The position numbers and the translations under genes were made by a program. From the NCBI RefSeq assembly GCF_963921235.1, contig NC_086097.1, positions 14,074,001 through 14,138,000 of the forward strand: a stretch of DNA of 64,000 nucleotides. Direction: 5' to 3'. Position 1 is the first letter of the stretch; every line of letters starts with the position of its first letter. The stretch comes from Mobula hypostoma. Taxonomy: Eukaryota. The notes under the pieces were generated by a model that made no database searches, was not told the DNA's origin, and saw only the letters and a program-made list of their open reading frames with translations. Below are positions 48,686-62,480 of this stretch, piece after piece.

Positions 48686-51600
48686 ACGTTTCTGGTTAGC
48701 TGGAGGCTGAAGGCCAAAGAATGAAGACTGTTTTAGAGTTAGAAGACTTTGTATTGGCATGGGCAGGAGGGAGGAACATGGGCTTGCTCTGCTGCTGTTG
48801 TTTAGTTGCTTGTTGCGTTCTCTTTTGTGTGTTCTTGGTTGTTCAGCCGAGCATTGTAGGCATGTTATGTTAGCAAGAGAATGTGTGGTGACACTTGTGG
48901 GCTTCTCCCTGCACATGCTCAGGTGTGTTGGTTGTCAACGCAAATGATGCATTTCACAGTATGTTTCAATGTACTGCACATGTGATAAATAAACTTGAAT
49001 CTTGAATTTTATATCTGATGGAAGTGCTTAATATCTATTCCAAAAGATAACGCTTCCCCACTACTGTGTGGGAGCATCAGTGCATCAGTCTGAATATTTC
49101 TTCATAAAGCCTTCAATATAAAAATCTGGAAAGGTCCACTCTGTGGGTCTCCCCTGGGGGTGGGGGGGAGGTGTAAATTGGCTGGTTCAAAATTCCACAG
49201 CTCTCACAAAAGCAAAAACAACTTTTCTTGAAATGAATGAAAAAATACAAAATTAGAATATTGTTTACAAAATTATATGTATTGATAAAGTTTATGCAAG
49301 CAAGCTCTTTTCCACTGAGGTTGGGTGAAACTAGAACTAAAGGTCACAGCTTAAAGGTGTAAGATGAAATGTTTATGAGGAACCTCTAAGCAAACTGTAC
49401 TCTCTTCCACCAAATGCACTCTGCAAAACTGGCATTCACTTTTCATTGGCTATTTCACTTGACCCAAAATGTTGCTCAATTTGTTCCATATACAGCATCC
49501 AGTTATCCCTTGTGGAATCAAATGCATCTATCTCTCTGATGTAGCCAACCATCTCTGCTTTTATTTCATTTATGTTTATTATCACTATTTATGGACCCAT
49601 GAATACTTTCATTTTTTGCCTTTTTTTAACTTGAATGTCATTTTCCACTTGCGAAGAAGAAACGGGTTGCAAGTATTTTTTAACTCAACCATTTCTCGCC
49701 GCACTTTTTAAAAACTACAATGTCTGGCTGCTCTTCAACAGCTAAGTAGTCATCTCAGATTCATTTATAACTTACTCATCACCACTGTTAGGGTTTGTAA
49801 TTCCAAAATATAAAAACTAATTGAAAGGAAACTCAGAACCGGGAGTAATGTCAAAAACAAGAGAAAACCTGCAGATGCTGGAAATCGAAGCTACACACAT
49901 AGAATACTGGGGGAGTTCAGCAGACCAGGTAGCATCTATGGAAAAGAGTAAAGTCGATGTTTCTGGCTGAGACCCTTCATCAAGACCTGAATTGGTGGAC
50001 ACAGGTTTGATTTCAACATTTTAGAGAGGCTTGGCTAAGTACATGGCTATGGTTCAGATACAGGTCAATACTATTAGGCAGAATAGTTCAGCACAGAGTA
50101 GATGGGCTGTAGGGTGTGTTTTTGTGTTCTGGTGCTCTGTGATTCGATAAATTAAAATAAAGTTGGAGGGCTTTTTTCTAAAGTATGAGACTTCTAGAGA
50201 ATATATAAAGGACTCTTCAAATAAAGTAGCTGGATTAGCAGATATTATTTTGCATAGTTCCTTGTTACAAGAAGCCGGGAGCTGAAGCTACTGATCCAAC
50301 TGATGTTTCAAATGAAGTATCTTTGTGGTACATACTAAATCTATTAAAGATAGTTGGAAAACCAAAAAAAAACATCATTTGAGCAGAAAAAAATCTTGTT
50401 CACTTCAAATACTTTGTAGCATCCATTACATCTATACTAAAATGGTATGACAATGTCATCTACTGTTAAATACAAGCATTTTCCAAAATTAAAGGCCTTC
50501 CAGCAACGTATTTGTAAATATAATCTCATTTAATCCGACAAACTCGGCAAGATTTGAATGCAGCACTACACCCACACGCAATATATCACTTAAAAGTTTT
50601 CTTCCAAAGCTTCTTTTGATTACAGACTCTTTTGCTTTTGCTGTGACTATTATTGATGTTATTTATCACAGTAAAATACTGTGTAGTTTTCATGTTAAAT
50701 GATAAAAAAAAACTATCCAGAACACTGTAGTCTTTTACAACTGACACGTTAAACTCATTTTTAACATTCTTTGTTGCAATTGAGGGGAAAAAATCTTTAC
50801 TTAGATTTGACTTTCAATTGATACAAGTTCCTTGTTAATACAGGAACTGAGGGGCTGAGAAGGGAAAATTAGATTCATCTTACCACCATTCACGCTTATT
50901 AAAATGGCTTTGTTGTCAGGCTTTTCAAACTTGCAAGAAAGAAAATAATATATGGTAATGGAGCAACAAATTCAAACACTTCAATTAGTGCCAAATATTC
51001 ATATCTGTCATTTTATTTCAAACTTTTCCTTGTTCAGATTTTAAAAACCAAATATTATTTGCTGGGTAGAAAACAAAGATGAGGCGATGCACTGACGCAG
51101 TGCATTCTCTTCTCACAGCTACCATCAAGAAGGAGGTGAAGGAGCCTCAATTTCCACACCACCAGCTTCAGGAACAGATATTACCCTTCAATGAGCAGGC
51201 TCTTGAACCATAGAGAATCACTTCACTCGCCCCAACGCTAAACTGTTTCTACAACTTATGGATTCTTTGTTTCGTTCTCCATATATATAATTTATTTATT
51301 TATTATTATTATTTGGGGGGTTTTTTTGTATTCGCACAGTTTTTTTTTTGTCTTTTGCATATTAGTTGTTTGACTGCTTTTGTTCTGTGTGGATTTTCAT
51401 TAATTCCATTGTGTTTCTTTGTATTTATTCAGTATGCCTGCGAGCAAATGAATCTTAGGGTTGTATATGGTGACAAATATGTACTTTGATGACAAATTTG
51501 CTTTTAGCTTTGAGCTTTGAACAATGCACTGCTGAGGTAATGACAAGAACAAGGTAGACAGCATCTCAGAAGGATATGTCAGTCAGAGGACTGATGTGGA

Positions 51601-54600
51601 CAAGATGTCTGAAATTGTCCATAAATCCAGAACCTTGCAGGGAATGAATGAGAATATCTTTTCTCCTCTCACCAGATGGATGTGTACAGGAATTTTGTTC
51701 TGGTTGTGCAATATAGATTTTCTGTTTTGCATTCACCTAACATTGTAATGTTCTGAGACATTTGCTGCTATTCAGTACGTGTTAGTGTCAATGAACCTTC
51801 TATAAGACAGAATATAATATACATTAATACATTCGCTGATATAAAAACTCTGGAATTCAAACAAAATATCTGTTCAATGCCAGCAGTTCATTGCAAACCC
51901 ACTTACCCTCTATTTTCCATCGTATTTTCAAGATTGTTTGATGTCATGTTCAGTACGCAAGAGCAACAGAGAATGAAATAAATGTTATTCCAGTTCGATG
52001 CAGTATTAAAAAACACAATAAGATAAAGAACACAATAATAAAAAGACAATAAATACAAAAGAGAGCTTATACAGATAGATTGATTTTATTGCCGTAAAGT
52101 GATGCTTAGGCACAGAAATGTCTATACACATGATGACTCTGACAGGAAATGATAAAGGAGTGAAGGTTAGGGCCATGGTGGGTGGGTCAGTGGGTGGAAG
52201 TGTTAATCAGTCTTATTGCTTGGGGAAAGTAACTGGTTTTGAGTCTGGTGGTCCTGACCACCAAATGGATGCATATCCTCTGTACCACTATGTGACTAAA
52301 ATTAACAAAATTACATTTATTTTTCTTCCCAAAAATAGCTGTTCAGTGTTCATTAATTGGAATGTCGGAGCAATAGTTGTCAGTTTTCTGTCAATGAAGC
52401 GACTGTAATCTTTCCAAGTGTAGGTACATTAAGAACATCAAAATGCAATTCCAGAAATTATTTTAATCTGTTATTTTATAATACCGTAAGGAGAAAAGTT
52501 AGCCAATTTAAATGCTGTTATTTTTGTTTCTGTGCATAGTATCATTGGATTAATTCTTTGTACCACCTACAGTTATCTTGGAATGATGTTTCTTTGGTAT
52601 TAAATTTGGGGAAAATTACAAATGGAGCAAACAAACAAGAAGAGTTTCTTCTTTTCTTCTTTAGGTAACCAAACAGCCAACTTCTTAGATTCAAGGTTCA
52701 AGATTCAAAATTGTTTAATGTCATTTCCAGGAGAATAAAATATTTGTTACTCCAGGTCTAATGCAGCACAAAAATAAGATAAAGAACAAAACAATAAATA
52801 AAACACAAAAAATATAAATATATAAGATAGCTTCTATACATTCTATAAACTGATGCTAGGCTATACATAAGGTGACTGACAGGAAGCAAAAAAGTGGTGA
52901 TGGAGTTTGGTGGAGGTGTTGATCAGTCTTACTGCTTGGGGAAAGCTATTGCCTTTGGTCTTGACATCCTTGCTACGTAGCCTCCCACTCCCCCGCCCCC
53001 CCACCCCCCGATGCAAGCGGGATTAACAATCCATAAGCAGGATGTATGGGATCTTTCATGCTTTTAATTGGCCCTTTTCTGACATCTTTCTGTATTTATG
53101 TCCTTGATAATGGTCCACCACTAGCAGTTTCCATACCAGGCAGTGATGCAGCTTGTTAGGATCTGTAGAATGAGGTGAGTATAGATGTGCGAAGTCCAGC
53201 TCTCTTTAGCCTCCTCAGAAAGTCAAGGTGTTAGTGACTTCCTTGACTGTGTTCTGTGCTGCCAATGTAAAGGTGGATGTGCGCAGTGTGTCCTCCTGAA
53301 GTCGATAACCATTTCAGTAGTGATGAGGTTCAATATTCTCTGGCAATTCCAATTCATAATAATACCACTAATTTAAAAAAAAAGTAAATTAGTTAGATAA
53401 TGATGGAAACAAGTGCAAAGGTGAATAACATCATTGGGAAGAGATTTAAGGAAAGAGTTGCATAAAGCAGGGGAACATGGCAAGTGACTCCATTTATGAA
53501 ATGATCAAAATGGATAGCAAGGACAAATCACATGTCAAAAAGTAGATGACTCTTTCCTTCCTGATAGACATAGACAAGCACTATAGAGTCATAGAACAGT
53601 ACAGCACAGATACAGGCCCTTTGGCCTATTTAGTCCATGTGGAACTATTATTTCTGCCTAGTCCCATCCTTCTGTACTCGCACCATTACCCTTGAGACCC
53701 CTCCCATCCTTTTACCTATCCAAATCTCTCCTAAATGTTGAAACTGAACCCTCATCCACCACTTCCGCTGGAAGCTCATTCTATACTCTCACCAGCCTCT
53801 GAGTGAAGAAGTCCCCACTCACATTCAACTTAAACATGTTCACCTTCCACCCTTAACCTATGATCTCTAATTCTAGTCTCATCCAACCTAAAAAGAAAAA
53901 GTCTCTGCTTGCAATTACCCTATCAATACTCCTTATAATTTTGTATTCTATTTTTAACACAAGTCAGATATGGATTGCAGAGTAGAGATACACAGAAATT
54001 TATCTCTATCATTATACTACACTTGCTGGACCTAAGAGCCAATTAGACGAATGATAAGGCTGACTGAAGAATCTAACACTTTTGTTAAAGCAACACAAAG
54101 TGCTGGAGGAACACAGCAGGTCAGGCAGCATCTATGGAAAAGAATAAACAGTCGATACTTTGGGCCTTTATTTTTATGAAGGGTTTTGAAGCACTTATGA
54201 AGGATTTTGACAGATTTTCTTGTGTTTGTGACACTTTCATTGAAGTCCACTGGAACACAATAGGTTAATCCCTCTGCTGAAATAATATCTTGCAAACACA
54301 TTGAGGATATGTTGTCTCATACCTAAATCTCTAGGTTGTATTTCTAAATGAAATAACACATTACATGAGGTTTTCAGGAAGAAGAAATTAGAGTGAGAAT
54401 GTTTAATGTTAATTCAAAATGTTTCCGTAGCACTGCATCATATAATTCAGAACACCTTGAGGAGAATTTTATTTATAAAGTGAATTATTTCCTTCAGTTT
54501 GTTTAAATTTAATCGGCATTGCATTCCTTTAAAGGGATTATAAATATGAATGGAGTATGCAAATTTATCTTGTGACAATCGCTGATAATTGTTTCTAGAT

Positions 54601-55667
54601 AAAATTTGAATGACTGAAGAGCGGAATTTATCCTTTGCCGCCTGTTATGATCAAAGCCTTCCCAGAGGACAAGGGAACAAGTTAGATGAAGAGTAATGCT
54701 CCTCTCCGTTAGTCTCAAGAAAAATCCAGCCAACATTGGCTCAGAGGGGAGTTTTAACTTTGCCAGCTAGAACAGTCATGAGTGAAATGAATTTTGGCAG
54801 GCTTCATTCCGTTCCCAGTGGGACTGCAGCTACAGTGTGAAACCGCCCATTTGTCACGAACCAGCACTAGGCTGGCACCCTTGCTGAGACAGTCCACAAG
54901 GAAGTACTGGCATGAGAAACAAAAGTGTTCTTCTGGAACAGCCAGAATGTTCATCTAAGGTTTGGACAGAATGGAGGGCATCTTTACTCTACATTTAATC
55001 CATGCTGTCTTGACTGGGAGGTCTTCATGGCAATGCTACCTTTCAAGTTGTAGAGCATATTTCATTTTCTAGCATTACATTCCTTCAAGTCAAGTCAAGT
55101 TTATTGTCTTTTATCTATATATATGTATATAATGTATATAGAAACGAGATAACGTTTCTCTGAACTGGGGTGTAAAGCTCAGTAGTACACATAACACATA
55201 TAAGACACGATAACTTAGGAAGGTAAAGCTAAAATCTACAGACAACTCACACATAAACACAAACTAAAGTGCATTAATATTAAATATTGTGAAGTATGGA
55301 TCAGATTAACCAGTGACACTTCGAATACAATGCAGCAGGGTGTTCAGAAGCCTAATAGCCTGAGGGAAGAACTGTTTCTCATCCTGACAACTCTTGTCTT
55401 CATGCATCGTAGTCTCCAGCCTGATGGTAGAAAGTCAGAAAGGATGCTGAACGGATGGCTGGGATCCTTATTTATACTAAGGGCGCTGCGTAAGAAGCAC
55501 TCCTGATAAATGTCCCAATGACCACAAAAGTAATACATAAGGCATTGATAAATAAATCATTGAGGAAATATGAAGGTTAATTTGAATTACAATTTATTTG
55601 TAATTGATAGTTCTAAAGATGGAAAACAACTTTATGTGTTGAGACTGACTTGCTATCATTCTAATTC

Positions 55668-55870
55668 AATGCACACAAAATGCTGGAGAAACTTAACAAG
55701 TCAGCCGGCTTCTAAACAGTTGCTGTTTCAGGCCGAGGTCCTTCATTAGGATAGGGCCACTGCCCAAAACATCAACTGTTCATTCCCCTCCATAGATGCT
55801 GCCTGGCGTTCTGAGTTCTTCCAGCATTTTGTGTGTTTTTCTCAAGACTTCCAGCAGAATCTCTTATGTT
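55668..55870. mobile_element. Degenerate Penelope fold-back insert
   Basis: CACACAAAATGCTGGAG...TTTCAGGCCGAGGTCCTTCATTAGG abuts the inverted arm CCCAAAACATCAACTG...CCAGCATTTTGTGTG. Confidence 0.7.
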
Positions 55871-56748
55871 TACAATGCTAGTTCTATGATGGGTAGTGGG
55901 TGGGGGGGGGGTGGGCAGGGGAAAGGACAATTTGAACGTATTAAATTCTTCCATAGTTGGGACATGAACCTCCTGATGGAATGGGGAAGTCATTGTTTTA
56001 TGAGGTGGTCAATTGTGCCGGGCTTCTGTGTGCCCCTAGCATAAGCACTTGGGGTTTTCAATACCATGCTAAATGTATGCTCTTCATTCTAAACAGTCAC
56101 ACACCACAAACTACCAATGTTGCATTCCTTCAAGGATGTCTTGATGACACACTCTAATCTTCTCCTCTGTTCACCTTGTTATTTCTTCCTGCAGCAGGAT
56201 TCAGAGGATTGAGCTTGCTTGGTCAGTCAGGTATCAGGTATGTTCATCCATAATAGCCAACTGGATATATTGAGATTACTGGCCACAAAAAAAAGTTCTC
56301 GCTGTCCTTCTAAATGCCACAAAAATTTATTATCCTACAGTTCTCATGAGAAGATATTGTTTAATATAAAGTAATCAATGGAAAACAATCTACTCAATAA
56401 ATATGCTGCCAGCATTCATGGTCCATGCGCTAGCTCATGGATTCTTTTGCTGAAAGAGCTAAAGACCCCGAAAGCCAAACTTCTGCAGGTACAGAAAATC
56501 TGAAATAAAAACAGCAACCATTAGAGATACCTGTCAGAAATGACATCAGTCATTTATGTGTTTCCCTCGCACAGGTGCTGCCTGATCTGCCGAGGATCTC
56601 TAGTGTTCTGTGTTTTTATTTATGTGGTCAAGTGGGTAAGATGATTGCCAAGATGCTGCCTGGATTATACAGCACATGCTATATAAGGAGAGATTGGACA
56701 AACTAGATTTGTCTTCTTTGGAACGGTAGAAGCTGAGGTGAGGCTTGA

Positions 56749-56795
56749 TAGTCATAGTCATAGTCATACTTTATTGATCCCGGGGGAAATTGGTT
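56749..56795 (-). mobile_element. Tail-only Rex1 insert within a CR1 fragment (~56640-57120)
   Basis: TAGTCATAGTCATAGTCATACTTTATTGATCCCGGGGGAAATTGGTT is nearly identical to 14733-14779. Confidence 0.75.
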
Positions 56796-59574
56796 AAAGT
56801 CTATATGACTGTGAGAAGCGTAGATAGAGAGTTAGTGCCTTTTTCTCAGTGTTAAAATACCTCAAAATAGAGAGCGTGCATTTAAGGTGAGAAGGGATAA
56901 GTTCAGAGAAGATGTGCAGGGCAAGTTTTTTTGGACATGTGGAGCGGCTGGTGCCTGGAATGCCTGGAGGCAAATATGATTCAGGGGTTTAAGAAACACT
57001 TAAGTAGGCAGATGAATGTTCAGAGGACAGAGGGATATAGGTGTTTTGTGAGGAGGAGAGGTTACTTAAGGTAGGCACTGAATTTGATAAAACAGTGTGG
57101 GTTGAATGGGTTGCTCTATATGGAGCTGCACCAGGATAAATCAATGAGTATTTACCAGACGGGACAAATGATTTCAGTGTAACCAGTCCTGGAAAGTGTT
57201 CCCTGTGATTAGACTATTCTGCAGTATGGGATATTAATAAACTTTCATTCATTAGCACTGAGTCAGCACACAAGAACCTAATGTTTCCCTCCCAGTGTAT
57301 GAAGAAGACAACAACCAGGGTAGTAGAAACAAAGTTCAAAGTAAATTTACTATCAAAGTGCGTATATATCATCATATGCAGCCCTAATATTAATTTTCTT
57401 GCCGGCATTTACAGTAGAATAAAGAAATAAGTACAATAGAATAAATGAAAATCTCCACAGAAAGGGACAAGAGCAATCAATGTGCAAAAGACAAACTATG
57501 CAAATAGAATAAAAAAATACAAACAGATAAATAAATAGATGGATGAATGAATAAATAAAGAAATAACTGGATGGATAAATAAATAGAACATGGATTGCAG
57601 AGTGTTTGAAAGTAAGCCCATAGGTTGTGTTCAGCTATCAATTCAGTGTTGTGAAGACTGAAATTCATCCCAGAGGGTAGGCCTCTGTGTCTCTCTCTTT
57701 CAATGATGTTAAAGGATTTTACCAAGTTCCTGCACTTATGGATTTGGACTATGAACTATGGACTTTTTCAGTCTTATGGTTTTTATCTTCTGGGCTTTCT
57801 CCCTTTCTTTCTTGTTTTAGTGGGATTTGGGGTCATTGTTCTTGGTGCATGTTTGTAATTTTTTGTGCAGGGAGGGGGGATTTTGGGGAATGCTGTTCTT
57901 TCACTTTTTGCGGTGGAGGGTGGTTTGGTGATCAATGGTGTTGCGTTTTTGTCAGTTTTTTGTGCAGGGAGACGGGGATTTCAGGGCCAATGTTCTTGTT
58001 GCATTCTGTACCGGGATGAGGGGTTTGGGGGGACAGGGTCGATGATTGTATTACCATTCTTTTTCTGTGGGGGGGTGTTGCTGTTTCTCTCTGAACTGAC
58101 TTCCATGGCTTTTCTTTGTTCCGTGGCCATGGAGAAGAATCTCGGAGTTGTATACTGCATACATTCTTTGATAATAAATGAACCTTTAAATCCTTGAATC
58201 TTCTTGAAACCTTTGAAGTTATTCACGGTATTTCAGGAGCCTGATGGTTGAAGGGTAATAACTGTTCCTAAACCTGAATCAGAGGGCTTATTTATAGTAG
58301 GCAAAAGGCAGGAGTGCCTGTGCTTCTAAAGGAATTGCTCTTGGAAATTTTCATAAGTCCAAATGAAGGGTCCTGACCCGAAAAATCAGCTGTCCATTTT
58401 CCTCAATGGGTGCGGCCTGACCCGTTGATTTCTTCCAGCATCTGCATTTTCTTACGTCTCTGCTTCCTCAGATCATTAGCTTTCTGGAGATTGATTATCT
58501 GCAGCCAGTGATTAGGTAGCTTGGATGCAGGTCATAGTCTGGCAAACCTTGCATAGTCTGTGAACCAAGCTGGTTTAACACGGCATGTGGCCTTTTCCAA
58601 TTTACCATCTTCCCTTCAGTAACTTTCCATCTATGTTAACATGCTTCTCAAAGTTCAAAGTCAATTTATTATCAAAATGGGGATATGTCACCATTCACTG
58701 CATTGAGATTCATTTTCTTGCAGGCATTCATAGTAGAACAAAGATATACAACAGAATCAATGAAAATGTGCAAATGAAAACAAACTTTCAAATGCACAAA
58801 CACATAATAAATAAATAAATAAATATTGAGTACATGATTTGTGAAGAGTTCTTCAAAGTGAGTCCATAAGTTGCTGAACCAGTTCATTGTCGAGGTGAGT
58901 GGTTCCGGAGCCTGACGATTGAAGAGTAATAACTGTTCCTTCAACAGTTGGACCTAAGGCTCCTGTAGTTCCTTCCCAATAGCAGCAGCAAGAAGAGAGC
59001 ATGGCCAGTATGGTGGGCGTCCTTGATGATGCTTTCTTGTGGCACAATCCTTGTAGATCCAAAATGGCACTGGCGATACATGGTGACGTTTCACGTGCAG
59101 CTCACAAAACCACTAGATTTTTTTGTTGCTTCTTTCTGATTGGCAGATACAGGGCGTGTATCAGTAAATATGATGTATCAAAATCAAAACACTTACAAGG
59201 TGAAACAGGAGGAAGCCTACAGATGCTGGAAATCTGACACAACACACACAAAATACTGGAGGAACTCAGCATTTATGGAAAAGAGTAAATAGTCGACGTT
59301 TTGGGCTGAGGTACATCTGCGGCACTGAGCCTACCTATTTTAAAATGAGGATTTTATTCGTTTAGCCATCAAGTGTTATCAGTTCATCTGCAATAATTGA
59401 ATGATTAAGAATAACTTTCACAAATAAGCTGAAAAACATTACTTTTATAAAAAGTACCACATTTTCATTTTACTTTCTCTACAGAATAAAATTATTCAAT
59501 GAGAAATAATTTGTATTTGTATGTCACTCTTCACATCAGGACTTCCTAAAGTGCATCTGAACTAGAGAAGCAAG

Positions 59575-60170
59575 TATCTTCTCCGCATTGGTGACACCCA
59601 TCATAAAGTGGGGGATTGCTTTGTTGAGCACCTCGGCTCTATCAGCCAAAAATCGATGGCCACACATTTTAATTCCAGTTTCCATTCCCATTCTGACCTT
59701 GATTCAGGGCCTCCTCTTGTGCCAAGATGAGACCACCCTCAAGGTGGAGGAGCAACACCTTATATTCCACCTGGGTACCCTCCAACCTAATGGCATGAAT
59801 ATCAATTTCTTTTTCTAGTTTTAAAAAAAATCCCTCTCCCTCCCCTCTCACTCTGGCCTCTTACCTCCCCCTGGGTCCCCTCCTCCTTCCCTTTCTCTTA
59901 TGGTCCACTCTCCTCTCCTATCATATTCCTTCCTCTCCAGCCCTTTACCTTTCCTACCCACCTGATTTCACCTATCACCTTCTAGTTATCCTCCTTCAAC
60001 TCCCCCACCACCTCTTTATTCTGGCATCTTCCCCCTTCCTTTACTGTTCTGTAGAAGGTTGTTGGCCTAAAATATCGACTATTTATTTCCATAGATGCTG
60101 CCTGACCTGCTAAGTTCCTCCAGCATTCTGTGGGTGGTGCTTTGGATATCCAGCAATCTGCAGACTTTCA
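59575..60170 (+). mobile_element. Penelope 3' fragment (GIY-YIG C-terminus plus pLTR)
   Basis: IGDTHH..CFVEHL and TLKVEEQHLIFHLGTLQPNGMNI; degenerate hammerhead at ~60045-60080. Confidence 0.8.
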
Positions 60171-61024
60171 AGAAGTAAATATGGTCATTTTTGCAGTAGG
60201 TAACGATTTGGGAAGTTTTATGATCTTGGTAAGCTTGCCCCTATGAGCTTCGCATTTGCTATTTACTGCATCAGACAGAACATCAAAGGGCAAAATTTCA
60301 AGAGATAATTGAACAAGACATTTTATAAAATTTATTTTTGGAATAAAGTTGCTACTGCCAAGGCCACATTTTTTGCCAATCCTCAATTGACTTGTGAGAT
60401 GCTGAGCCAAGTTCTTGATCCATTACAGTCCTTCTGATGAGCTGCTACTGGTGAGGACCCGAGCATTTAGACCCAGTGACAATGAAGGAACAGGCACATT
60501 AATGCACAGTTTTTAATGGAATCAATGGGCTAAGTTAATAATGGCTGAATATTAGCAGCAAAGAGCGAAGAAGGTTTATTATTTAACAGTGGTACAGTTG
60601 TTGAATTTTGATCAATTTAAAATAATTGAGCCTAATAAGATAAACATCGGGATTATCATTGGATATATTTCATCTTATTTAAAATCTCACCAAACTAGCT
60701 TATACCTTCAGGAATCTTAAGTTTAGTTCTTGCAGGAAATACAAATTAAGTAAAATTAGTCCTATCCTATATTTCACCATTTAGTCCAACATGAATCAAG
60801 GAAAAATAATGAAAAAATACTACTTCATTATAACTTTTTAATTTTCCATGGGAGGCCATTGGTTTAAAAGATTGTGGCCAGATCCTGAGAAGAGGATTTA
60901 TTCACTTAACTGGCAGGAAGGAACGGTGTGCTGGGTGAGTAAGGGAAATTTGGTAGAGGAAGAAATTCGAAATTAATTGGAAATGAAGATAATGGAGCAA
61001 TGCATTTCCAAGTCTGTGCCTCTA

Positions 61025-61465
61025 CCACCCATTCACCTATCCAAACTTCTCTTAAACATTGAAATCGAGCTTGCATGCATCACTTGCACTGGCAGCTCGT
61101 TCCACACTCTCACTACCCTCTGAGTGAAGAAGTTTCCCCTCATGCTCCCCTTAAATTTTCACCTTTCACCATTAACTCCTGACCTCTGGTTGTCAGCTCA
61201 CCCAACCTCAATGGAAAAAACTTGCTTGCATTTATCCTATCCATACCCCTCATAGTTGTGTATATACCTGTCAAATCTCCTCTTAATCTTCGACGTTCCA
61301 AGAAATAACGTCCTAACCTATTCAATCTTTCCATATAACTCAGGTCATTCAGACCCTACAACATCCTTATAAATTTTCTCTGTACTCTTTCAACCCTATT
61401 TGTGTCGTAGATGACCAAAACTGCACACCATACTCCAAATTAGCCTCACCAATGTTTTATACAAT
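61025..61465 (-). mobile_element. CR1 3' fragment
   Basis: ERLNRLGRYFLERRRLRGDL (ORF 61140-61334). Confidence 0.8.
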
Positions 61466-61569
61466 GGCTGCAGCTGATATGTTGGGGGCTTTGTAAATAC
61501 AAGGACAAGCTGTCAGAGGAGGCTGCCAAAACTGTAATGTTTAAGGGGCATTTGGACAGGTCAGTGCAA

Positions 61570-61820
61570 CACAGTTCAGTTCTGACACTGTTCTGCAAGG
61601 AGCCTTTATACATCATCCCCATGGAATGCGTGGGCTTTGCCCAGGTACTCTAGTTTCTTCCCACAGTCCAAAGATGTACCAGGCAGGCTAGCTGGTCATT
61701 GTAAATTGTCCTGTGATTAGGTTAGGGCTAATCAAGTTTGTCAGAGGTTGCTGAGGTGGCGTGCCTTGAAGGGCCAGATGGGCCTACTCCACACTCTATC
61801 TCAAAATTTAAAAATAAAGA
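61570..61820 (+). mobile_element. V-SINE
   Basis: GCGTGGGCTTTGCCCAGGTACTCTAGTTTCTTCCCACAGTCCAAAGATGTACC. Confidence 0.7.
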
Positions 61821-61861
61821 AACAAAATGATTTTCTTACATGACTCCAAAACATTCTTAAC

Positions 61862-62480
61862 CACCATAGTAGCATAGGGGTTAACGCAGCACTATTACAT
61901 CTTGGGGTGTTACCGAGTTCAGAGTTCAACTCCAGCGCTATCTGTAAGTAGTTTGCACATTCTCTCCATGACCGAGTGGGTTACCTCCGGGTGCTCTAGT
62001 TTCCTGCCGCATTCTAAAGACGTACTGGGGAGGTTCATTGGTTATAGTAAATTGCTCTGTGATTAGGCAAGGGTTAAATAGTTGGGTTGCTGGGTGTTAC
62101 GGCTCACTGGGCTAGACGGGCCTGTTCTGTACTTTCTGCCTGTTGTGACGCAGGCGTTTAGGGCAGCAATGAAGGTCCTCCACCTCTTGATCACTCTGAT
62201 GTAAAAGGATTCTTCATTGCTGTATCCATAACAATTTTGTTTTACCAATCGGCCCTGAGCTGAACCCCTGAACATGGAGGTCTGGTAGACCACTCTTAGT
62301 CTGTTCTCTACCCTTTGGGCAGTTTGGCCTGGGTGACCCTACCAAAAGCCAAAGCATAAAGCCCTGACTGGAACCAACATAACTCTCCAGGTCACTGAGT
62401 CACACAAGCCTCCAAACCACGGCAAGCCTGTGGTTCTCTTAGAGGCATGTTCTGTACTGTACCTCCAAATAAATTAAACA
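61862..62480 (+). mobile_element. V-SINE interrupted by an RTE-derived insert
   Basis: GAGTTCAACTCC, GTGGGTTACCTCCGGGTGCTCTAGTTTCC; the tail resumes after 62448. Confidence 0.75.
62134..62447 (-). mobile_element. Bipartite RTE-derived non-autonomous element with an 11-bp TSD
   Basis: TGTTCTGTACT at 62123-62133 and 62448-62458; the minus ORF contains RWRTFIAAL. Confidence 0.8.
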
